Positions 27,770 through 41,503 of a DNA stretch of 64,000 nucleotides are shown here, piece by piece. The translations under genes were made by a program, and so were the position numbers. The DNA comes from the human T2T-CHM13v2.0 reference genome, Homo sapiens. Below the pieces are notes generated by a model. That model was not told the DNA's origin and did not search any database. It worked only from the letters and a program-made list of their open reading frames with translations. The first letter of the stretch is position 1; the number at the start of each line of letters is the position of its first letter. The stretch lies in assembly GCF_009914755.1 (NCBI RefSeq), contig NC_060937.1; one strand, written 5' to 3'.

Positions 27770-28253
27770 CATGCACACGTATGTTTATTGTGGCACTATT
27801 CACAATAGCAAAGACTTGGAACCAACCCAAATGTCCAACAATGATAGACTGGATTAAGAAAATATGGCACATATACACCATGGAATACTATGCAGCCTTA
27901 AAAAATGATGAGTTCATGTCCTTTGTAGGGACGTGGATGAAGCTGGAAACCATCATTCTCAGCGAACTATCGCAAGGACAAAAAACCAAACACTGCATGT
28001 TCTCACTCACAGGTGGGAATTGAACAATGAGAACACTTGGACACAGGAAGGGGAACATCACACACTGGGGCCTGTTGTGGGGTGGGGGGAGGGGGGAGGG
28101 ATAACATTAGGAGATATACCTAATGTAAATGACGAGTTAATGGGTGCAGCACACCAACATGGCACATTATGCATATGTGACAAACCTGCAGGTTGTGTAC
28201 ATGTACCCTAGAACTTAAAGTATAATATATATATATAATATATATATATAATG
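27770..28253 (+). mobile_element. 5'-truncated L1PA (about PA4-PA5) 3' end
   Basis: ORF2 C-terminus MFIVALFTIAKTWNQPKCP..., G-rich 3'UTR, perfect 17-bp TSD AAGAATTAAAATTTCCT (27753-27769/28254-28270) at a TT/AAGA site; tail is (TA)n. Confidence 0.97.
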
Positions 28254-29409
28254 AAGAATTAAAATTTCCTATACCATTCTTAATATGTTGCTTGGAGTTC
28301 TAGAAAGATAGCAAAAGCACTGTTTTAATTTTTACCTTTTTTAAATGGATAAGACCTTATGGTAATAATAATCTCATATGAAGCCATCCAAACTCTAATA
28401 AATATATTAAAAATAATAGCAAAGTGAAATTATACTTCATTTTTGGACTCCCAGCATTTACTACCAAAATTTTGTATTCCTTTTTGTTATTTAGGCATAA
28501 CCTATAAAACAATCTAAGAAAAAAATGATTAATCAGAAAGTAAAGTTTGTGTTAATTATGATCCATTGAAACATTTTATATCGCAGCATTAGCTTTTTCT
28601 ATTATCTTCAGCTTGCAAAGCTAATGTTAATTACTCTATGGATTAATAGCTGTCAAGTGTGTCCTACTTTCAGTATAAATGAATATAAATTAGCTTCATA
28701 TTTTGGCAATAAATAAAGTACATCACTTTTGGAATTCTTTTAACTCTTATATGCACATATCCTTATATAAATCAGAGTGGCAGTTACATATTTCTCTGAA
28801 ATTAAAATTGTTCTCAGTTCTGAAGCAAGAAGAAATAACCTTGGTTCTCTTTCTCCCTATAATTGAGATTGCTGATTGAGCAGGCTGTGGGGAGCAGGCC
28901 ATCTCTGAGTAAGCACAGTGGAGAAAGAACCAGACCTAAGGCAATGACCCTGAGCTGCTACCATCAAAATCCCTTCTGTTGTTTTCCCCTAACACACTGT
29001 TTTACTCGTTAAAAATGAATGGGTGGTAAAGCGTTTTATGTTTCCAATTAGTTATTCAAGGTTTAAAAACTAAGTTCATTTCACTTAAGACAAAACCAAA
29101 TAAACCTGAAAGTTTTAAAACAGTGTTAACAGTCTTACGAGTAAATGTTAAGCTTCTCCCTCTCTCTCTCTTTTATTTTCTTAAAACATTAAAAATACTT
29201 CATGCATCCTTCAGTACTATGTTTGTGTTCTCTAAAGTTCAAGTAGCCTGTAGTTTATCTTCTATAGATTATAGTTCACACTTCATTCAGTTAGAGCTTT
29301 GCAACAACAACCATACAGTTCATTTCCCAGATCTCAGTGTCTCTTTATGCTCATTTATCCCATAGTCTATGGCCAGAGCAGCATTTCTTAATTATTTATG
29401 TATTTTATT

Positions 29410-29570
29410 AATATTTTTTAATTGACAGATATGATTATATGTATTTATTATGTACATGTTTTGAAGTATATATACATTATGAAGTGGTTAAGTCTAAGTA
29501 ATTACCTCATACAGCTATCATTTTTGTTGTGAGAACAATTAACACTTACCATTTTTGCATTTAAAAAATA
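29410..29570 (-). mobile_element. L1MA 3' end fragment
   Basis: ttttaattgacag...attacctcatacagctatcatttttgttgtgagaaca. Confidence 0.7.
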
Positions 29571-29700
29571 TTATGTAATGCCATGCCCCCCTACTTTTTC
29601 TAACTATTCAGTATCACCAATAAACAAATGAATAAAAGTTAGAAAACTGCAAGGATATTGTTAACCCCAAACAATGGAAAGTTACCTTCAACTACAGCTG

Positions 29701-30457
29701 TGCAACAGGAGAGTTCCCTGAACCTCCTTGCAGGACATGCGACAAGGATGTGGCCCATCTGTTTGGCTGCCAGGTGCTCAAACCCCTTATGGGAGGGGAG
29801 CATGCAGATGGGCAGGTGCAGGGGCCAGGGTGAGGGTGAGTGCTTTTGGGATCCGACCCCACAGTAGCATCTAGAGGTGGGTTCCTGTGACTTCTGAAGC
29901 CCCCATGGGCATATTATAGTGCTCTTTTAGCTCTGCCATTTGCAGATGGCTTAAGTGTTAACCAGCTCAGTGCCCTCATGGTATCTGGGTTCTTGTTCGA
30001 CATCCAGGAAGAATCAGGTCACACAGACAAATTGATGGATGGTAAATGCAGGAGATTTTATTGCCAAATGGAGGTGGCTCCCAGCAGGATGAATGAGGAG
30101 CTGGAAATGGGAAGGAGTGGGAAGATGATCTTCCCCTGGAGTTTGGCCATCCCATGGCAATCTCCTCTCTGACCGTCCCCAGCTGAACACCTCTCAATGT
30201 TCAGACATCCTTTCTCTTCTCTCCTTCTCTGCCGCACTGTTCTTCTGTTTCTCTGCTCTTCTGCTGTGGAGTCTGGGGCTTTGGGTTTATATGAGTACAG
30301 GATAGAAGGTGTGTGGTGGGCCAAAAGGCCACCTTTGGGTGTGAAAACAGGAATGCCTGTTCCCACTTAGAACCACAAGTTTCTAGGCTTGAGAGTGGGG
30401 CCTTTGCTGGGAAACACCCTCTTTTACCCAGTATTTCCCTGCTTTTTGTCTGTATCA
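29701..30457 (-). mobile_element. ERV1 solo LTR, LTR1-family-like
   Basis: Reverse strand starts TGATACAGAC...GGGAAATACTGGGT...GCAAAGGCCCCAC and ends GGGAACTCTCCTGTTGCA; AATAAA at about 30057-30062 (minus); TSD degenerate. Confidence 0.85.
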
Positions 30458-30766
30458 GTTATATTTCTGGTACATTAGATCCCAGAGGTCAAGGCCTAGA
30501 AAGGCAATGCCTCTTCTGTCTCAGTTCTACCTTCTACCATCCAGCTTTCTTTTGTGAAGGCTTCTCTTGCCCCTGGTGTTTAACACAATTTATTGCCACC
30601 TTCAGGAAAAATGAAAGCCCCTAGTTGAAATATGTCCCTAGCCAATGCTATCAGGAAATAGAATCAGAGTATGACATCATAAACTTAATTTTGGAAGACA
30701 TCTTTTTGGTTTCTTAACTAAGTTACTGTAGTGATTGAGTTGTTTTGCTTATAATTCTTTTCACCC

Positions 30767-31220
30767 TGTGTTATTTTGCTAGGGTTGCCATCACAAATTC
30801 CCACAATCCAGGAGGGTTAGGACTACAGAAAGATATACTCTCAAAGTTGTGGAGACCAGATGCCTGAAACCAAGGAGTCAGCAGGACCCTGCTCCCTCTG
30901 AGGCCTTCAGGGGAGTATCCTTCCTTGTTTCTTTCATCTTCTGGTAGCCCTAGGGTTTCTTAACTTAGAAATGCATCATTCTAGTCTCTGCCTCTGTCTT
31001 CACATGCTATTCTCCTGTGTATCTATGACTGAGTTTTGCTCTTCTTATTAGAGGATAAGAAGTCATATTAGGTTAGCCCTTCCTACTTCCAATGAGCTCC
31101 TATTATTAATAACTCTATTGCATTTCTAAGATCCCCTCTTCCAAATAAAGCCAAATGCGCAGGTACCAGGGTTCAGATTCAACGTATCTATTTTGGGGGA
31201 ACACAATTTAACCCATAACA
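30767..31220 (-). mobile_element. MaLR solo LTR (MLT1C-like)
   Basis: Reverse strand starts TGTTATGGGTTAAATTGTG; 5-bp TSD caccc/gaccc. Confidence 0.85.
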
Positions 31221-31454
31221 GACCCCATTTTTGGAAAAGCAGCTTAAGGGAAACATCCTTTGTAGTCTTTACAGATAAATTATTCTAGGCATTGAATTAC
31301 ACAATATAACCACTGGGAAAATAACTTGAATAAAAAGTCATTTTTGGTCATTTAAGTCCTATCTATCCTTTTCATTTTATAGCATAGTCATATATGTTTA
31401 ATCTGTGCTTTCACAGTTTTCAGGAATTTCTTAACTCTTATGCTTGAGAGAGGC

Positions 31455-31830
31455 TACTGTATTATGTATATATTTTTGGTACCACAATTTAAGAAGGATA
31501 ATGACAAATCCTGCTATAACTTAAAAATAAGTCAAGAAAATGAGGGCTCTTGAAAGCACTGTATCTCGAGAAAAATCTAAGCAATCAGAGACATGACAAA
31601 TATTATTTGCTAACTGTCTTTGGATATAATTATTTGTGTGTGATTTGGAAAGAGATTAGAGGGACTTTGCTCATCTTTAGGATATAGAAATATTAATAAC
31701 ACAGAGGTCAAAGGTATGAGAAGGCAAATTTAAGTTCAGTGTAAAGAAATGTTGTATTTTATGTTATCCAGGCTCAAAATCAAATACGTATGACAGTAAT
31801 CTTCATTTTAGAAGTCTTCAGAGAAGGATC
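31455..31830 (+). mobile_element. L3/CR1 3' fragment
   Basis: tggtaccacaatttaagaaggatatgacaaa...gaaggcaaatttaagttcagtgtaaagaaa. Confidence 0.6.
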
Positions 31831-32799
31831 ACTTCTTCCATTAGGCTCAAAAATATTTAATAAGCGCAAGCTATGTAACCAAGTCTGGGGTTGTGACCAA
31901 CACTAACCCGAGGATGTGAGTTTTGATTGGATAAGTGGCTGGACTGAGCTGAACGTGGTCCCCTGTAGAGTACCCTTTTGTCTAAAATTATGGCTTTAAT
32001 ATGCTTATAAACCTTCAAAGATCGGTTTTACATAGTGCTGGCTTTTTAACTTAAATACAGAATAAGTTTGATTATAAAATACATAGTACAGTACAGAGGA
32101 ACTGTCACAGTATGTGAAGCCATTTTCTGAACAGATCTATTTGACCTCTGCTGAGGAGCAAGAACATGGTGTGTTTTTGTTTTTATTTTTTCCACCATAT
32201 CCTCAGCTGCATTGGATCCTGCTGAGGATGTGCTGTTTTAAACTGTAAAATACCATCTCCCCACACAGCCTACAGGGGAGAATCTATATTAATGCAATGG
32301 ATAATATAGAAGATGGACTAATTATTTCTAACTTAATTACTAGAAATTCTTGTACAGTTTTTGTTGGCATCAATTTAGCTCCGAAAAGCAAATATGTAAA
32401 TACAATGCAAATCACAATAATCAGTAAGCTAAATTGTTTGTAATAAATTTAGATATTTTACATTTCCTCTTGGCTCATCAGAAATGATTAGAGGATGTAA
32501 ATGATCTCATTGGAATTAATGCAGGTTCTCTACTGCCATTAGTATTTTCAAGTATTACTCCACACTTTTACAAGCTGAAATCATTGGGCATTAAAATGGA
32601 AAAACAGTGCTCTTTTAAGGTGTAATTATCCACTGTAGCATATTAACACTTTCAAGTGTCTGATTCATAATTAACAACCAAGAAAACAACCTAAGACTCA
32701 AAACCGCCTGCCAATCTGGCCTTATTATTTAAAAAACATGATTAGAGACTTTATTTCATTTGAAATTTGGTGAGAATGCAGCTAAATATAATTGATTTG

Positions 32800-34290
32800 A
32801 TTTTAAAAAAGTGAAAAGACATTGATAATAAGTATCTGAAATGAAAGTAATGTTATAACTGCAGATGTAAGGACATTTTAAAAAGAATGATAGGGGAATA
32901 TTACAAACTATTTTATGCCCATAAATCTGGCAACATAGATAAAAAGGACAAGTACTTTAAAAGATAAAATGAGAAGATACAAACAAAAAATACAAATTAA
33001 ATCCTACTCAAGAAACCACACCCTGAGTAATACTGTAGCTATTAAAAAAATTCAGTTCATAGTTAAAAACCTGCAATTAAAGAAAACTCCAAATCCAGAG
33101 AACTCTACTGGTGAGTTCAACCAAAAACACAGAAAGAAATAACAATTTTATATGAAATGTTCAATAATATGGGAAAATAGTGGGTACTTTCCAACTCACT
33201 TTATGAGGCTAGCATTATTCTGATATCAAAAGTGGTAAAATATCATTAAAAGGAAAACTATACTATCTTTTATTAATAAAGATGCAAAACTCTTCAACAT
33301 ATTAACAAATTTGATCCAACAATATATGAAAGTGATAATACATCAATATCAAGTGAGGTTTATCCAAAAAAAGGTAAGTCTGGGTCAATATTTGAAAACC
33401 TAGAAATGTAATTCAACACATTAAGTAACTAAAAGAAAAATATTGGCAGTGTCATCATATGAGTAGGACACATTTTATAAAATTTAACATCTACTCATGC
33501 TAACTTTGCTCAATTGCAATTTAATGGCAAAAGAATGAATGCTTTCCTCAAAACATTATAACCAAGACAAAGATATCCACTGTCACCATTCATATGAAAC
33601 ATCTAGCTGGGGCGGGGCATGGTGGCTCACACCTGTAATCCCAGTACTTTGGGAGGCCAAGGCAGACCTTCTGAGGTCGGGAGTGCGAGACCAGCCTGTC
33701 CAACATGGTGAAACCCTGTCTCTACCAAAAATACAAAAAATTAGCCAGGCGTGGTTGTGGGCACCTCTAATCTCAGCTGCTTGGGAGACTGAGGTGAAGA
33801 ATCGCTTGAAACTAGGAGGCAGAGGTTGCAGTGAGCTGAGATTGCACCACTGCACTCCAGCCTGGAGTGATTGCATCACGACTCCATCTAAAATAATAAT
33901 AAAAATAAAATAATAACAAACATTAGCTGGAATACCTAGCCACTGCAATAATGGTAGAAAAAGAAATAAAAAGTTCTAACAGGTCAAACTATTAGAAATA
34001 AAAAAAAAACTGCTCTTATTTTCAAATGGCATGACTGTTTATGTGGAGAATCCCAAACTATTTAAAAAAAGAACCATTAGATCTAATAAATGAGTTTCAC
34101 AAGTTTACAAAATACAAGCTTAATATAAAAATTATAATTGAACAATTAGAATTTAAATTACACAGTACAATTTGCAATAGCATTAAAAAACAAAATGCTG
34201 AAATTTCAATCTAACAAAAAATGTTCAAATCTGAATGCCAAAGTTAAAAAAAAAAGAAAAAATGAATATATTGGATAGACGTAACATATA
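32800..34290 (+). mobile_element. Old L1M ORF2 fragment interrupted by an Alu
   Basis: L1 ORF2 motifs (ccaactcactttatgaggctagcattattctgatatcaaaa; decayed FADDM at about 34020). Confidence 0.85.
33611..33917 (+). mobile_element. AluS nested in L1
   Basis: Dimer; TSD aaacat(c)tagctgg. Confidence 0.95.
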
Positions 34291-34559
34291 AAATGAAACA
34301 AGAATGGTAGAATTTAAAACTTTCTAAGAGGTGGGAAGACATTTTAGAAGGTGGAAAGAAATGCTGGTATGTTTAGAAGTCAATGTCAGGTAGGTGTGTT
34401 AAAAAACGTAGTGGGTAATGACTAAAAAAAAGGAAAGAAGGAAATAGAATAGAAAGGAGGGAGGGAAGGAAGGAAGGAAATAAGGTAATCACATGAAATA
34501 GAAAGAATTAAAGGAAATAGTGAATATTGAATTAAATATAGAATTACAATGTAAGAAAA

Positions 34560-35690
34560 AAAGAGAAGAAAACAAAAAAGTCATAATAAACAGAAAGCAG
34601 AATAATGTAGTAGAAAATATTCAAATAGCACAGCAATCAGTTGTGTGAGTGGACTAACCTGACCTATTTGTAAGTCAGAGAGAATCTAGCAAAAATCCAA
34701 GTACCTAGTTTTTACAAAGACACACCCGAAAGAAGAGCATAGAATAATTAAATATACATATACATTTACATATAGTAATTTTTATGAAAAACATAGATTT
34801 TTCATTTTAAATGTTAGCATAGCTTACAAAAGGATGAAATAATGCAGAAAGCACTGTTAAAAACAAGAATAATTCTGAAAGAAGATGGAAAAATATGATT
34901 ATATATGGTTTAGTAAAATACCTTTAAAATAAATTACAAGCAATTGTCAGAATTACAAAAACAATCTTACAAATCTTTATTCAGAGAGGAAGATATTTAC
35001 ATGCTTTTAGTGATAGTTGATAGATCAAACAGCTTAAAAGAAGTAATGATTTAGCAATTTTGAAAAATACAATTAAAGCATCTTCTTAGTGGAAAAACAC
35101 AAAATTTAGCAGTTACCAATAAAAAAGTATGCATTTATTTAAATACAACTGGAAAATATTCAAATTTTACGACATGCCAAAGCACAAAATAAAATTTAAC
35201 AAATGTGAACATTAGTTTCATACAATCCATAAACCTCTAACCACGATGCAAACCAATTAGAGATTAGTGTTTTCAATAGCATATATTCATATATAACTAC
35301 ATGAATGAATTAAAACATTTTATTAAACTATAGAAGAATTCGTATGGAAATAAGAACATTTTAGAACTGAATACTAGTTGAAATATTTATAGAGAAAACC
35401 GAGGGATACATAAGGATAGCTTAGAAAATTTTCATCTTAAATAATTACTTTTATAAATAGAAGAAAGTCTAAAATCTAATGATCTAATATTTCAATATAA
35501 GAACTTAGGGGAACAAAAATAGAGTAAAGACAATGAAGTAGAAGGGCAGAAATAAAGATAAAATCACAAATTAATGAATTAGAAAACACCTGCAAAAAGG
35601 GGGAGGGCCCACACAAACAAAATCTAGTTATTTGTTAAGATTAATAAAATACCAAACCTCTGGTAATATTGGCCAAGAAAAGTCAAGATA
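34560..35690 (+). mobile_element. Very old L1ME ORF2 (endonuclease region) fragment
   Basis: A-rich degenerate L1 (gaaataaagataaaatcacaaattaatgaattagaaaac; aaaatctagttatttg). Confidence 0.6.
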
Positions 35691-36329
35691 TTGAACTCTA
35701 TTTAACCTTGACTCACTAAACAAGTTTTAATCTCTAATTTCTCTTGAAAGTCTACTAAAATTGCAATAAAGGAATAAGCACATATGCACTCACACACACA
35801 AAGAGAATGAACAAGCAAAAAGACAGTAAACAAGAGATGTTGATACAATTTTAAACACACTGAATAGATGAACAAAAAGTAATTGAAACAGGAGAAAAAA
35901 GGAAATACGGAACTTCAGCTAAGGATGAAACCAATGTGAGTTGGCTAATTTACAGTCCAGAACCCTGGGAAGACCCTAGAATTGGAGGCTTCAGATTCTT
36001 TGTTGCAGGATGAGGCTGAAAAGAGATTACTCTTCCTCCCTTGAAGTCAGGCATACCTGTCCCCACTCAGACAAGTCTAGACTCTGAAAAGGTTGCAATG
36101 GAGCTCTGGACTCTGGGAAAGCAGGTACAGTTGACACAAGGTGATAAATTCAAGATCTGTACTGATTGGCATCTTGACCATTCTGAGTAGGATCACCTGC
36201 CCCTCTTCTTGTTTTAGTTTACACATTGTCCTACTTGATGTTTCTAGAAATACCAAATACTCCCTGTCTTTGACATTTGTAATACTGGAAATACCAAGTA
36301 CTTTTTCTGCCCAAAACTTCCTTCTCCTG

Positions 36330-36622
36330 AATAATTATTTTCCTCATTTCCTTTATTCTTATTAAATACCATTTTTTAAATGAATGCCTTTTCTGACCAC
36401 CCTCTATGAAACACTATTGCCCTACCACACCCTGTGCTGGCACTCACCTTGCTTTGAGTTTCACAGTAGCAGTGATCACCACCTGAAATATTTTATTTTT
36501 GTTAATTTATTTGTCTTTTTTCCTCTAGAATTTTAACTTTATATTGGCTGGGAATTTAACTGCATGTTCGCAGAGGTATTCTTAATATTTAAAAGGCACT
36601 GAACAAATGTTAATTATTAATG
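36330..36622 (+). mobile_element. L2 3' end
   Basis: gccttttctgaccaccct...atcaccacctgaaat...ctagaat...aggcactgaacaaatg. Confidence 0.65.
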
Positions 36623-38008
36623 CATGCATTGTATATGCATATTGAACAATCCCAGACAGTGACAACCTTTACATTCCCTTGTTATCTCATGCATGTCATT
36701 GGTACTTATTCCTTTCCTACTTACAAAATAAGTCCTTCTTCAGTCTTCAGGAGTATGCTATTTATTAGTTTCCAGGAATTCTTTTGGAGAGATGTACATA
36801 TACATATATATGTGTGTGTATATATATATATGATGTATATATGTATATATATGACATTACTCAAGATATTAAAGATACATATTCTATAATTTGGTGTGAC
36901 CCTCTAACATTTTTTTAAAATAAGCATTACCCAATTCAGCATGAAGTCAATGAATAAAAAAAGAAAAAACTGAATAACAGAGCCTCTTTACCTGTTGGAT
37001 TTTTCTGGATGGTGAAAGTGGAAAGCAAATGGCAATGAAATGGCTAAGGTGTATTTAAAAAATGTAAAATGAAAATGAATACATTTAAAATCATAATTGT
37101 GCATTTATTTCTAAAAGTTGGAAAGCAGTTGTATTCAATTAAGTTAGGATTAGCTCAAGTGTAAAAAACAAAGATGTATCTATAGATACCAATATGAATA
37201 TATAAAAATATATGCACACACCTATATAAATATATATACAAATAGACATACATACCACTTTCTATATGGGAAATCCAATAATCATATAACTCAGTTATTT
37301 TTGTTAAAAAAGAAAGAATGATGGTAGAGAGGCATGTGAAATCAAATATTTCAGAAATTTCTTATGACAGGGGCATATAATTTACTATTTGAGCTAATAT
37401 TTTACTCATAATTCTCTCTTTTGTCTTAGGAAGAAGGCTTCATACTTAAAGGCTATAACTTTGATTGCTTTAGTCATTAAAATATCACTGTTACCATATT
37501 CTTCAAATTGTTCATTTTTTTTTTCATCCTTAGGATACTATTTCTACTGAGTGTGGTTTCTATTGACTAATCTCATGGTAGATGTTCCCTGATGTGGATT
37601 TTATCTTTTAAAGTAAGCTCATCTTCAGTGTTCTACCTACAGATCATCAGGCAACCAAAGGACATTCATGTATTTTGGGCACTGGAAAAGTCATTTTCCA
37701 TTTTGCATTTGCATTTTTCATTCTTTTCTACTAAGTTTTCCAATGGCATAACTAAAGCAGGGTCAGTTTTTATATGAATTTCTGGGTGTAGCATTTACTT
37801 AACATGTGAGTAACTTAAATTTGTCATCTACATCCATGCAAGAAAGGCAGCTTCAGGTTTATCTTTCTCATGGAAGATTTTTCTTTACTTTTCAATCAGA
37901 TAAGAGCGACAAGCTTCATTGTTTTGTTTGCATTAATAAGTAGAGTATTTTAGTTTTCTTGTATAAGACAACATGCTTTCCAAACTGACAGCACCAACTT
38001 TAGGTTCT

Positions 38009-38414
38009 TATAGTGGACAGTGCAGGTACCCTACAAAGATCCCCTTTGCCTCAACAGGATATCAATCCCTGAGATGCTATGATTGCAGGCTGCTGATGAC
38101 TTGCAGCCACGCTTTTCTCCAACAAGTTGCCTTTTGATTGAGGAAAGTCATCTGACCTAAGAAGTTATCTACCTGCACCCCAAGCCACAGTCAATGCCCC
38201 ACCGACATCAGAGTATAAAAGGCCCTAGCCTCGAGGTGTGGATTATTCTGCCGTATGCTTTATATGCCAAAGTCTCCCTGTGTGTCATGCCAAGCCTTTC
38301 CTCTTTGCTGTCCTGCTTTATATGCATCTTTGCAGGCTTTTCCTAAAGAAAAGCCTTGAATAAATCATCTGCATGAGTCCTGTCTCCAGCTCTTGTTCCT
38401 CCAGAACCAAACAC
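38009..38414 (+). mobile_element. ERVL solo LTR, LTR16-family-like
   Basis: agatcccct..ggctgctgatgacttgcagcc..ttgcc; TATAAAAGG at about 38215; AATAAA at about 38359. Confidence 0.65.
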
Positions 38415-39411
38415 AGGCTCATTTCCAGGTAAAATTCTGACTCCCTTTCCGCATCCAAAGCTGCCAGGGTAACAGCTCAGGAGCTTCTGCAAAATGGAAT
38501 TTCTCTTTATTTCAACCAGATGTATAAATGTAAATGTTGATGTTGTTGTTGTTACATTTTATCCAGCAGTCCTAGCTGTTTGAAATAGGAGAGGTAGTTC
38601 TTATTTTCCCATCCTGCTATACTGTTCAAACTGCAAGGAAAGTTTTTCTATTTAATTTTATTCGTAATTCCTCTTGATGATGCTGTTATATTTGTCCTGT
38701 ATAGTTCAAGACATCGGTAAACTAGTGTAAAAACTATTTGCTTTACGTAAAAGCTTTCTGACACTTTGTTCTGAATCTCAGAGCTTGGAAAAGGTTATTT
38801 GACCATGAAAAGCACTTCTTATTGAGACAAGAGGACAGAGAAAGAGGCGTAATTACCTCTGTACTGGGAATGGAAATTAGAACAGCTTTTTTTGGAAAGC
38901 AATTTGGCACCATGTACCATGGATATTAAAAATATTCACACAATTTGACTCAATTCTATTTCTTTCCTAAGGAAATTTTCTAAGAAAAAATTCAAATAGA
39001 AGGAAAAACATGCATAAAATGGCAATCATATTTAGTGTTATCATAAAGAGTAATTGAAACCTAAGTGCTGCCAACTAATGAGTATAAATAAACATAAAAA
39101 TGCATAGCTGAAAATAAACCAAACAAGTTGTCTCAAATAATTTATCATATTTAAACAAATATTTGAGTCAGGCAGTCTGTGCTCTACATACAGACATGAA
39201 AAAAAGTAAGCTTTTCTGTCCTTGACCCCCAAAAAAACAGATGGAAGAACCAACATTATGGTTGAAGAGGGCAACACCGCTTGAGCAACAGCCTTTGATC
39301 AACTAGTGCTATAAAGGCATCCACACAACTGAACTTTCAGGGATGCGACAATGCATAAATGGAAGAAAAGTTGTCATAACAAGCCAAATCATAACCGTTA
39401 TTCTATAGAAC

Positions 39412-39950
39412 TGTTACCACCATAGATTCTTAGGCTCCCGTGCAATAGAAGTTCAGAGGGAAGACAGGCAAGTTTCTTAGACAAGGCATTATTAAGGGCT
39501 TATATTGGAACACAAGGGAGACAGCACTGGAGCGAGAGTTCTCTAGCTGACTCCCAAGGGTGGGTCTTTGCGATGTTTTAAGAAGAAAGATATGAATAAG
39601 CATGAGGTATGTGAACATCATTACATGTGCAGAGTGGAGCTCAGGGTGTGGAGGTGCAGTGACAAATCATGTTAGTACATACATCACAGGATCAAAAACT
39701 GGTGGATAAGCTCCTCCTTGAGCAGAGATTTTAGTATTATAATGAGGCAAGGGGTAACAGTTGGTCATTCTCGTCTTGTGTGCATATGGGTGATAGGATT
39801 AACTCCTTTGAGTAAGATTTAAGGTAAAGCTGCTTAGCCTAGTTTCTTCAAGGTGCCATGGTGAGCAGGTAGGAAAGCACAAAAGAAAGATAAAAAAAAA
39901 TGTATTGCTGGCGGCAGAGGGAGGCTGAGTCCTATTCCTACTCTGTCTCA
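39412..39950 (-). mobile_element. ERV1-type solo LTR (family not assigned)
   Basis: TG...CA termini (reverse TGAGACAGAGTAGG...GGTAACA); 4-bp TSD gaac/gaat. Confidence 0.75.
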
Positions 39951-40008
39951 GAATTAGATAGTAAACATATTATAGGAGATAAAATATAGCTGAAGAGGAA
40001 TCCATCCT

Positions 40009-40367
40009 CGTCAGGTTCTAACTGAGGTCCAAGGGGAATGGATGCACAAGTGGCGGGTAGCTGGAAAAACACTAGAGGAATCGTAGACAGCTTCCACATG
40101 GCTTTACTCTCTCTCTGGGCGCTAGCGAGGCTGGGTGCAAGTGAGCCTGACATATGTGTCAGCGTTAGCAGGGTAATTATACCTTTTACGGACAATAGTG
40201 ACTCTGAGCCAAGCATGAGCTCACGTGGATGATCACCTAATGCGCCTCACGTAGCATGATCACATAATGTGCAGGGTGTGTGCCTGCACTCCAAACCCAC
40301 TGAGTCATGCTGTGCCAGAAGGCCACCTTGGCCTACTCCTGACTAAAGCACAGCCATTTCCCTTACA
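40009..40367 (-). mobile_element. 3' LTR (359 bp, LTR18A-like)
   Basis: Reverse TGTAAGGGAAATGGCTG...GAACCTGAC(G); AP-1 site at 40301-40307, TATA-like AAAAGGTATAA, AGTAAA poly(A) signal at 40103-40108. Confidence 0.9.
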
Positions 40368-41480
40368 ATCCATGCCCTAGGCTGAGGGCATTCTCTGGGC
40401 AGGGACACGGGCTCACAGGGTGGAGCCTGAATCCATAACCCACAACAACAATACAGAGAGCAACAGCTCACTACTAGGATCTCAGCTGTGCTACTTATGA
40501 CTATTAGGGCCCAGCAAAGACCAGAGCCTAGGGATGTCCACCATCTCTGCAGGAGGTCATCAGTAAGGCTCTCAACCACCTTAATCTCCCGTGAGAACAC
40601 TTGCAGGGCTGCTGTTACATTCTGCTGATTATCAGGGATAAAGGTACAATATTGTGTTCCTAAAAGGGCACAGGTGTCTCCTTGGTCAGCAGTTATTATG
40701 TCTAAGGCCATTCAGTTTTGCAACACCACCTTTCTGATCTGATCAACCTCATCTGTTAACAAGAGGAGTGCCACTGGGGTGTAATATAGAGCCTGAGAGG
40801 TGTGCTCTGCAAGAGCAGTAATTTGTGCTTCTACAGATATGACATTCATTCCAGGAATAGTCATTGCCAAAGGATAGAACCGTCAGGGGCCTCGTCACTG
40901 AGAGTGTAGTGCCTCCAAGTTATGTGAGTGTCTGGGCAACGTGGGGAGAACAATGGCAGGTATATAAGGCCAGCCCCCCAGGTACAACATCCAGTCTAGT
41001 ACATTAGTAGGTAAGGCCACCCTGTGTCCCCATAGACCCATAAACTCCCAGGGGACACAAAATCCATTGGGGCCCGACCTTGGTTGGGCCACTTATTCCA
41101 CCATCCTTTGGTGTGGTGACATGTGTTTTGATGGATACCCATCCCACAGTCGTGTTACCCCAACATTGCTCTATGCACCACGGTGCCTGGGTTATGGGGT
41201 ATTACCTGTTCCCCCACTAGCCAGCCCCACCCATCAAAAATGCTACAGGCCAGCCAGGGGGCAGGCATGCCGTGGGTCATGTGGTGTCCTTTCTCCAAAG
41301 CTTGCCGCATTGCATTCCAGGCGTCGGCCATGGGACCCCAAGTCTCCAGCTATGTCTTGTTCTCTGCAGACGCTGAAGGTATGTGCTAAGGTAAGCCATC
41401 CACAGCTGCTGCTGGAAGAGCAGTGCAGATCCAACAGTTGGAAACATGGGTCACCTCAGTATAGGTGAGGGCCCAGTCCA
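40343..41480 (-). pseudogene. env: Retroviral env, gamma-type, disrupted
   Basis: VSNCWIC (41425-41436), Y*TGCCTWG, decayed furin site at about 40885-40905, LQN*MALDIITADQGDTCALLGTQYC (ISD and CX6CC), hydrophobic anchor; stops and frameshifts. Confidence 0.92.
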
Positions 41481-41503
41481 CAATGCAGTGGGAGCATGTT
41501 AAC

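Noticed and set aside
28078-28100. G-quadruplex motif
   Set aside because: Standard feature of the L1PA 3' UTR
40343-40711. 122-aa TM ORF as a possible co-opted syncytin-like gene
   Set aside because: Stop in the ISD, CX6CC mutated, stops at the cleavage site, SU frameshifts, no signal peptide in this ORF, promoter LTR deleted
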